The notes under the pieces were generated by a model. That model saw only the letters and a program-made list of their open reading frames with translations, did no database searches and had not been told where the DNA came from. Positions 16,711-23,357 of a stretch of 29,308 nt of DNA are shown here, piece by piece (positions within the stretch are counted from its first letter, which is position 1; the number at the start of each line of letters is the position of its first letter). The stretch spans positions 1 to 29,308 of IMG/VR virus record IMGVR_UViG_3300025943_000006. One strand, given 5' to 3'. Made by a program: the position numbers and the translations under genes. The DNA comes from a virus (Duplodnaviria > Caudoviricetes).

Positions 16711-16931
16711 ACCTGAATTTTTGCAGGGTTATATCAAAACTATGTGCCTATTATGGGCAGCCAGTCCGGTATTTCACAGATGAAATCAGCGAGAATCAAT
16801 TTATAATGCTGGCCGAATGCATGGCCGAAGTATTGACGCAAGGCGAACACGTGCCGGGCCAGGATTTAAACAAGCCGGATTTGAAAAAGTTTAAAGCGTT
16901 GTACGGTGGTGGGAAGGAGGTACATCGATAG
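16671..16931 (+). CDS. -1 frameshift extension of tail chaperone (gpGT analogue; fusion ~208 aa)
   Basis: Heptamer AAAAAAC 16671-16677. The -1 frame is open for 84 codons to TAG 16929-16931, overlapping the tape measure GTG. Stem CCCTGCAAAA/TTTTGCAGGG at 16685-16728. Confidence 0.85.
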   Translation, partial: KKRNGPAKGGEKVDLNFCRVISKLCAYYGQPVRYFTDEISENQFIMLAECMAEVLTQGEHVPGQDLNKPDLKKFKALYGGGKEVHR

Positions 16932-19702
16932 TGGCGATCAGCAAAAATCTAGTCGTAAAATTTTTAGGGGACTCCTCCCAGCTCCAAGGAGTTTATAAAT
17001 CAGTAACATCAGACGCTCAGAAGTTCGGCAGAGAAGTTAAAAATCATGGTGTATCCATGCAAGCGGTTGGCAAAACTATGCTGGCGGTTGGCGGGACTAT
17101 TGTCGGGGCTATGGCGGCAACAGTGGTTGCGGTTAGCAAGGTTGGAACGCAGATTGATAAATATTCCAAACAGACCGGAGTCAGCCGGGAAGAAATGCAA
17201 AAATTGGGTTATGCAGCATTGCAGGAACATGCGTCAATGGAGCAATTAGCAAACGGATTAACCAAGCTTTCCAAAAACATGTATGACGCAAGCACTGGGA
17301 CGGGCGAAGCGGCGAAGGCGTTTTCAGATATCGGCGTTAACGTCCAGACGGCGGACGGGCACCTGCGCAATTCTTCGGACGTGATGTTGGATGTCGCCGA
17401 AAAGTTCAGGGGGATGTCAAACGAGTCTGAAAAGTCAGCAATAGCCATGAAGATTTTTGGGAAGTCCGGCGCTGATTTAGTTCCATTTTTAAACATGGGA
17501 CGCGATGGAATAGAAGAGCTTAAAAAAGAGGCGGAACGACTTGGGATTGTAATGTCCGAAGATTCCGTCAAAAAGATGAAGGAATTCGACGATAGTATAA
17601 CGGCAGTAAAGGCGGGGGTTGGAGGATTGGGAACTCAAATAGCCTCAACTCTGATTCCATATACAGCAAAATTGGCCGATAATCTTAAATCAGCGGTAGA
17701 ATGGTTTAATAAAATTCCAAAACCTGTCAGGGAATCGGCTACCGTTGGGGTAACTCTTACCGGGGTATTAACGCTATTGGCTGGGGTTATAACAACGATG
17801 GTTATTCCGGCTTTGTCAAAAATACATCCCGCCATAGGCATAACTATTGGCGCGGTAGGGTTATTGTCGGCTGGGATCAAATACCTGGATTCGACCAATC
17901 AAGTGGTCGCAGCGCATATAAGGAGTGCTTGGGATCGGCTACTTGCATTTCTTAATAGCACCTGGAAAGGTTTGGAAACTTCTGTCTGGACAATGGTGCG
18001 AGAAGCACTAAAAGCCCTGAATACTTTTACTGGTTGGATTCCGGGGTGGGGTAAGGGGCTTAATGCGGCAATTTCAGCGGTTGAAAAAGAAAGACAGGCT
18101 AGTTTATTAGCAGCTAATGCGAATTTTAACGCTATGATGAAGGGGACCTATCAGCAGCATTATGACGATTTAACAAAAATTGTTAAAAATAAAAATAAAA
18201 CAATGTCAGATGCTATATTTGCGGCGTATGAGCAACGGATGCAGCAGGAAAGACAAGCCTTGACATCCTCCGCTGAATTCCAAAAAGCTAATTATGCGAC
18301 TAAATTAAAAATGCTTAAGGATACTGAGACTAAAGAATTAGCGAATACCAAATTGACTGCCGAGCAAAAGTTACAAATCCAAAGAGAATATGGTACTTTG
18401 GAAGCCGGGTTAAAAGCCCAAAAGGCCAAAGAACAGACAGCGGCGGAGAAGCAGGCAGCCAAAGAAGCCAATGACAAGGCCAAACAAGCCGCGCAGGAAC
18501 GTCTTAACAATGAAAAAGAATGGCGTGAGAAGCTATTTAATGAAACCCATAATGAACTTGAGAAGCTGAATCACGAAGAAGAATTAGCATTGTCCGAAGC
18601 CAACATGACCGCAAAAGCAAAAGCTGATGTTGTCGCCTATTATGACAAAAAGCGTTCTGATCTTGCTAAAAGTGAGGCTAAAAAGCGGACTGAACTTGCC
18701 AATGAAGAAGCCAAAAAATTGGCCGACAATGAAAAGGATTGGACGGACAAAGTTTTTGAAATTACCCATAACGAATTAGAAAATCTTAACAAAGCGGAAG
18801 AAGAAGCATTAAATAAAGAAAATCTGACCGAAAAAGCTAAGACCGATATCAAAGCGTATTATACCCAAAGGCGAAAAGAATTAGGAGACGCCGAGGTTAA
18901 AAAAGCTTTAGATCATCAAAATGAATTACTTGAGAGGGCTCAAAATTATTCAAATAGGCTTTATGAGCTTACACACGATGAATATGACAACAGGCTAAAA
19001 GCTCTTGACACAGCCGAAAGTAAAGAGCTCAAACAGACTGAATTAACCGAGCAAGAAAAAACCGATATAATTGATTTTTATGCTAAACAACGCTTAAAAG
19101 TTTATGAGGACGAAGAGAATTCATATTACAAAACTGGCTTGCAAATGGCGCAAACATTTACTTCCTTTACCGATTCTATCCGTGACGGAAGTACGACTAT
19201 CGGTGAAGCTTTACAAAATTTGTTAATCTCAATTATCAATACTATTGAGCAGCAGGTTATCGCCAAAGCTATCGCGGCGGAGGCCATTGCTTATGCTGAT
19301 TCGTGGTGGAGTTTCGGATCATCCTTAGCTTCTCTTGCTACTGTTGCCAGTAAAGTTTGGCCCGCCGTGGCGGCGCTGGAAGCTTTAAAATTCGGTGTTT
19401 CCGCACTTGCCGAAGGCGGCTTGACGACCGGCCCTTCAGTCAATCTAATTGGTGAGGGCGCTTACCCGGAAGCTGTTCTGCCTTTGTCCGATGAGGTGTT
19501 TGCGAAAATCGGCGAGGGGATTATAAAAAATCAAACCGTCAATAACGATAATAGAACAACCAACTCCAGCAGTCCGACTGTTGTAAATCATTACCATACA
19601 TATGAATTAGGAAAATATGTTGATAAATCCGGGCTTAAAAAATTTGCCAGGGATATTCAGCCAATTTTAGTTAGCGAGGATAGAAGAAAAGGAAAAAAAT
19701 AA
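16931..19702 (+). CDS. Tape measure protein (923 aa)
   Basis: LVVKFLGDSS start, AMKIFGKSGADLVPFL, hydrophobic segments, long coiled coil, C-terminal LAEGGLTTGP..IGEGAYPEAVLPL. Confidence 0.95.
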   Translation: MAISKNLVVKFLGDSSQLQGVYKSVTSDAQKFGREVKNHGVSMQAVGKTMLAVGGTIVGAMAATVVAVSKVGTQIDKYSKQTGVSREEMQKLGYAALQEHASMEQLANGLTKLSKNMYDASTGTGEAAKAFSDIGVNVQTADGHLRNSSDVMLDVAEKFRGMSNESEKSAIAMKIFGKSGADLVPFLNMGRDGIEELKKEAERLGIVMSEDSVKKMKEFDDSITAVKAGVGGLGTQIASTLIPYTAKLADNLKSAVEWFNKIPKPVRESATVGVTLTGVLTLLAGVITTMVIPALSKIHPAIGITIGAVGLLSAGIKYLDSTNQVVAAHIRSAWDRLLAFLNSTWKGLETSVWTMVREALKALNTFTGWIPGWGKGLNAAISAVEKERQASLLAANANFNAMMKGTYQQHYDDLTKIVKNKNKTMSDAIFAAYEQRMQQERQALTSSAEFQKANYATKLKMLKDTETKELANTKLTAEQKLQIQREYGTLEAGLKAQKAKEQTAAEKQAAKEANDKAKQAAQERLNNEKEWREKLFNETHNELEKLNHEEELALSEANMTAKAKADVVAYYDKKRSDLAKSEAKKRTELANEEAKKLADNEKDWTDKVFEITHNELENLNKAEEEALNKENLTEKAKTDIKAYYTQRRKELGDAEVKKALDHQNELLERAQNYSNRLYELTHDEYDNRLKALDTAESKELKQTELTEQEKTDIIDFYAKQRLKVYEDEENSYYKTGLQMAQTFTSFTDSIRDGSTTIGEALQNLLISIINTIEQQVIAKAIAAEAIAYADSWWSFGSSLASLATVASKVWPAVAALEALKFGVSALAEGGLTTGPSVNLIGEGAYPEAVLPLSDEVFAKIGEGIIKNQTVNNDNRTTNSSSPTVVNHYHTYELGKYVDKSGLKKFARDIQPILVSEDRRKGKK

Positions 19703-19756
19703 AGGAAATTCCTCTTTATTACCGAAATTAACAGAAAAGTTAATAAGGAGGAATTT
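19701..19756 (+). promoter_or_regulatory. Sigma-H-like promoter nested in a 16-bp SD-sequestering inverted repeat
   Basis: AAAGGAAAT-11 nt-ACCGAAA (B. subtilis sigma-H consensus RNAGGAWWW-11/12-RNNGAAT). Arms 19706-19721 and 19741-19756 cover AGGAGG. Confidence 0.55.
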
Positions 19757-19760
19757 TATT

Positions 19761-20609
19761 ATGAAAAAATGGTTTGTAGGATTAGTATTGATTTTTGTAT
19801 TAGTCGGAGTTTGTTTGGCCGAAAGTGAAGGGCCTAAAGACTGGATCGGAAAAGATGTTATTTTTTTAGCAAAACCGCCTAGTTTACAAGAATACAGATA
19901 TTTTTACACCTATAAGAAAAACGACATGGTAAACTATTCGATACCATATAAAGATCTTGTTGGAAAACAAGCAAAAATAATTGAAGTAGGTGATACGGAT
20001 AGTCCTGAAATCTCTTTAAAACTTGACGATAACGTTATGCTATACTGTAAAGCCATAGGGGGAACTTTAGATGACGTTTGCTTTAAATCTGAATTAGATA
20101 ATGCAAAAAAGTATATTGGTCAAACAATATGGTCAGATCCACATATACGAATTTTAACTTATATTATTGATCAAAAAAGTGGGGAAGTTGCTGACTTTGA
20201 TATTTCTAATTTAGAAAAGCTTAACGTTATGAATGTAGAACCAAGTTTTAATGATTATGCGCCTTTAAGGTTCGCCTTAAAGAGGGCAAACGGTAAATTA
20301 ATTTTTTGGGATGGATCATATTCATTAATTAATGATACAAGTAATCATTTATTAAGACCGTTTAACAAATCTTGGAGTTTTTTAGATCCTAAAAAGTTGC
20401 ATCCGAAATGGACTCAAAAAACTTGGAATGCGATTAAGCAATGTGAAATATTTATAGGAATGAACAAAGACATGGTTTTAATGAGTTGGGGGAAACCAGA
20501 AAAAGTAAACAGTACGATTATTGCCTCCGGGAAAAGTGAGCAATGGATATATGGAGACCAATATGTTTATTTTGATAAGGGATTGGTTTCGGCAATACAA
20601 TCGTTTTAA
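19761..20609 (+). CDS. Exported protein (moron) with signal peptide and C-terminal SmpA/BLIP-like domain
   Basis: MKKWFVGLVLIFVLVGVCLA|ES signal peptide; IGMNKDMVLMSWGKP..EQWIY..YVYFDKGLVSAIQ; AT-rich. Confidence 0.75.
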   Translation: MKKWFVGLVLIFVLVGVCLAESEGPKDWIGKDVIFLAKPPSLQEYRYFYTYKKNDMVNYSIPYKDLVGKQAKIIEVGDTDSPEISLKLDDNVMLYCKAIGGTLDDVCFKSELDNAKKYIGQTIWSDPHIRILTYIIDQKSGEVADFDISNLEKLNVMNVEPSFNDYAPLRFALKRANGKLIFWDGSYSLINDTSNHLLRPFNKSWSFLDPKKLHPKWTQKTWNAIKQCEIFIGMNKDMVLMSWGKPEKVNSTIIASGKSEQWIYGDQYVYFDKGLVSAIQSF

Positions 20610-20637
20610 AAACCTTTAACCCCAACATAATTTACCT

Positions 20638-20662
20638 ACCGCTCTTAACCGGGCGGTTTTTT
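20638..20662 (+). terminator. Intrinsic terminator after moron
   Basis: ACCGCTC-ttaacc-GGGCGGTTTTTT. Confidence 0.75.
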
Positions 20663-20685
20663 ATTACCCGAAACGAGGTGATCCC

Positions 20686-21042
20686 ATGGTGCCGGGAGAT
20701 ATCTACCTAAATACTACTCTGCTCCCTTCTGGTTCTCGAACAGTCACGCCTACGCCGGTTGAAGAAGGCGTTACCAAGCGTGTCGCGTCCGGTAAACTTG
20801 TCGAGGAAATCATCCGGCGATATATCAACTATCAGATTGACTACGAATATATGACCGGCGATGACCACGAGATATTAGAGGCACTTTACAATCTGGCCGA
20901 AAATCTTACTTTGACAGTTGTAAATCGGCTTGGTGTCGAGACGGTTACAGAAGTTAAAATGACCTGGACACCGGGGACGCGGGAGATGATTGCAGGCGGT
21001 TGGTTGTGGTCCGGGGTGTCGGTGATGCTGGAGTGTATCTAG
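20686..21042 (+). CDS. Short distal tail (Dit-like) protein
   Basis: 118 aa, first structural gene after tape measure; RVASGKLV..I..YQIDYEYM..LWSGVSVML. Confidence 0.65.
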   Translation: MVPGDIYLNTTLLPSGSRTVTPTPVEEGVTKRVASGKLVEEIIRRYINYQIDYEYMTGDDHEILEALYNLAENLTLTVVNRLGVETVTEVKMTWTPGTREMIAGGWLWSGVSVMLECI

Positions 21043-21078
21043 TCTATGGATATATCGGTCAGTTTAGAGGTGATTTAG

Positions 21079-22350
21079 TTGTACGGAGTACCAACCAAAT
21101 ACAAAAACAACATCCTGGCGCAAAAACGGCAGATATTAGGCAAGGTGGTAATCGACTACAGCGCCCCGGAGACGGACACGTCAATTACGGTCAGCGCCAA
21201 CGAAAATGCCTATATTACGCAAAATCAGCAGGTAGCAAATGGCGTTGAGGCGCCAACTAAAAAATGGGCAAGCCTGGACGGATCATGGGCGCTGGATGGC
21301 ACTCATTATTTATGTCCGGATACAGCAGACGCGGCAGTAAATAATGAAATGGGATGGTGGGGTAAAAGTATAGCGGGGGCGGGGGGTAAGTTTCTTGCCT
21401 GTAACGTTGACCCGCCGTTTGTCGGCGCGGACTTTGACCAGTCAGGCAGTTACCCGTCCCTTTGTTTGCATAATGACACACTCTACCTGGTGTTTATAGA
21501 CGGCAACTATATCAAAATAGCAATCATTGACCAGACAACAATGGCCGTCACAAGCCTCCTGCGGACGATATCGACAGCGGGGGCAAGCCGTCCCAGGCTA
21601 ATTTTCGAGCCGTCCACCTACGAGGGACAATTAGACCTGCCGCACGTGGCCTACGTTAGCTCAGACGGCAAAGTATACTGCTACCGGGAGCAATACTTGG
21701 AGGACTTGAGCATTGAGTCAATCACGGATGAGATTGGGACGGGGACCTGCATTGAGGCGCTGTGGATTAGCGATTACTTTTACCATCTGTATGTCAACGC
21801 CGGGGCGCTTTACATTCGCAAGCAAGGCGAGTATGCAGAGATCCTGATTACTCCCGACAGCGGCGCGATAACCGGTGTTTGGGCGGCGGAAATGCCGGAC
21901 GGTCGGGTATTGATTAGCTATTCATTTGCGCCGACTGCCGGGGGCGGGGAGCTGTATAACGCTTACAGCAATTTGATGTATCCGTTCGAGTTCGGCAGCG
22001 ATAAGTTTGAGCTAGGGGCAAGCCTTTCGGGTATTGAATACCGGACCGGGATTTTTGTGTTTGGTGAGAATGGCGAATACACTACTTACTCAGTGCAGGA
22101 TGACGGTTTCGAGCTGGCGGCGAGCTTGCAGTCACTAAGAATATTCATGTTGGGGCAGATAGATAACGAATTTTTTGAGTTGGCGGCAATGTTAAACAAG
22201 ATAATCCTTGTCGCGCCATACATTTTTAACGATGACAGATTCGAGCTGTCTGCAATGCTAAACAGGGTTGTGTTATCCGCGCCGCACGAATTCAGCGATC
22301 CGTTTCAGTTAACTGCGTCATTACAGAATTTTGAATTCTTTACGCCTTGA
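21079..22350 (+). CDS. Baseplate protein: hub N-terminal segment + beta-propeller blades + five FELxAxL repeats
   Basis: TTG start with GAGGTGA; LDGSWALDG..MGWWG N-segment; four blade-like units; C-terminal repeats. Confidence 0.6.
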   Translation: MYGVPTKYKNNILAQKRQILGKVVIDYSAPETDTSITVSANENAYITQNQQVANGVEAPTKKWASLDGSWALDGTHYLCPDTADAAVNNEMGWWGKSIAGAGGKFLACNVDPPFVGADFDQSGSYPSLCLHNDTLYLVFIDGNYIKIAIIDQTTMAVTSLLRTISTAGASRPRLIFEPSTYEGQLDLPHVAYVSSDGKVYCYREQYLEDLSIESITDEIGTGTCIEALWISDYFYHLYVNAGALYIRKQGEYAEILITPDSGAITGVWAAEMPDGRVLISYSFAPTAGGGELYNAYSNLMYPFEFGSDKFELGASLSGIEYRTGIFVFGENGEYTTYSVQDDGFELAASLQSLRIFMLGQIDNEFFELAAMLNKIILVAPYIFNDDRFELSAMLNRVVLSAPHEFSDPFQLTASLQNFEFFTP

Positions 22351-22359
22351 GGAGGGGTT

Positions 22360-23337
22360 TTGATGAAATTACAAGTAGCTTATCCGTTTCCAATGATTTA
22401 TTTGCCGAGGTATTTGACGATGGAACCCGAAGCCAAACTGGGTTTTTACGGGGAGATCGAGGTTATTAAAAAACGTCATGGGGTTATTACTCAGGCATTA
22501 AAGTTTAAAAATGTCATTACTGATGTTGGATTACAACATTTGGCGGCCAATGCAACTACTATATTAGCGAGAATTAACAATTGCCAACTCGGGACGGGGA
22601 CGACTACGCCGACATCCTCAGACACGACCCTTGAAACTTATGGGACATACAAGTTTTATAGTTCTTATAGTACGGCTCTGGGTTCCGAGAATGACAGATA
22701 TATTAAAATGCAGTTTGAATTTGGTCTTAGTGACGCTATTGGTACATGGACAGAATTAGGCATGAGTTGGACAAGTGGTTCCGGATCAAATGTTTTTTGC
22801 CGGATGCTTTTTAAAGACGGCGAAGGAAATCCGACATCTGTTGAAAAAACGTCCGATGATACGATGACCATTATTTATTATCTGCATGTTGTTAGGACAT
22901 CCGATATACCAACTGAAAACACTGTTGCGGTCGATGGCATTACTTATACTGTGCAATCTTTGATTTTAGATCAATGTTTGTATAGGATTGCTTATTCAGA
23001 TAGCATAAATAGTTCTAACTATGGTCAGAATGCTCGTTTGGGGACTGGTATAGCCGAACTAAGTACAACTCAAACAGCTTGTAATAGTCCAATAAGCGTT
23101 TCTCCAACTTTATATTCTATTGTGAGCTATGTATCAAATACTTATTACCGAGAATTTATGTTTGAATTTCCGGCTAGCATCAACGGAAATATAGCGGAAT
23201 TTTGTTTTCCAATAACATATTATGGCAGCTTAGCCCAGATCGCCATGCGTTTCCCGACGCCGATTCCGAAGGCGGATGACACCAAAAAAATCAGGCTACA
23301 GCCGAGGGTTACTTATGCCCGGGCCGAGGCGGCATAA
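22360..23337 (+). CDS. Baseplate/fibre-attachment protein with two tandem homologous domains
   Basis: NVITDVGL..LGTGTTTPTSSDTTL..FEF..GTWTELG..KTSDD, echoed by LILDQCL..LGTGIAELSTTQT..FEF..GNIAEF..KADD. Confidence 0.6.
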   Translation: MMKLQVAYPFPMIYLPRYLTMEPEAKLGFYGEIEVIKKRHGVITQALKFKNVITDVGLQHLAANATTILARINNCQLGTGTTTPTSSDTTLETYGTYKFYSSYSTALGSENDRYIKMQFEFGLSDAIGTWTELGMSWTSGSGSNVFCRMLFKDGEGNPTSVEKTSDDTMTIIYYLHVVRTSDIPTENTVAVDGITYTVQSLILDQCLYRIAYSDSINSSNYGQNARLGTGIAELSTTQTACNSPISVSPTLYSIVSYVSNTYYREFMFEFPASINGNIAEFCFPITYYGSLAQIAMRFPTPIPKADDTKKIRLQPRVTYARAEAA

Positions 23338-23357
23338 ATGAAGGGAGGCAATCCCCT

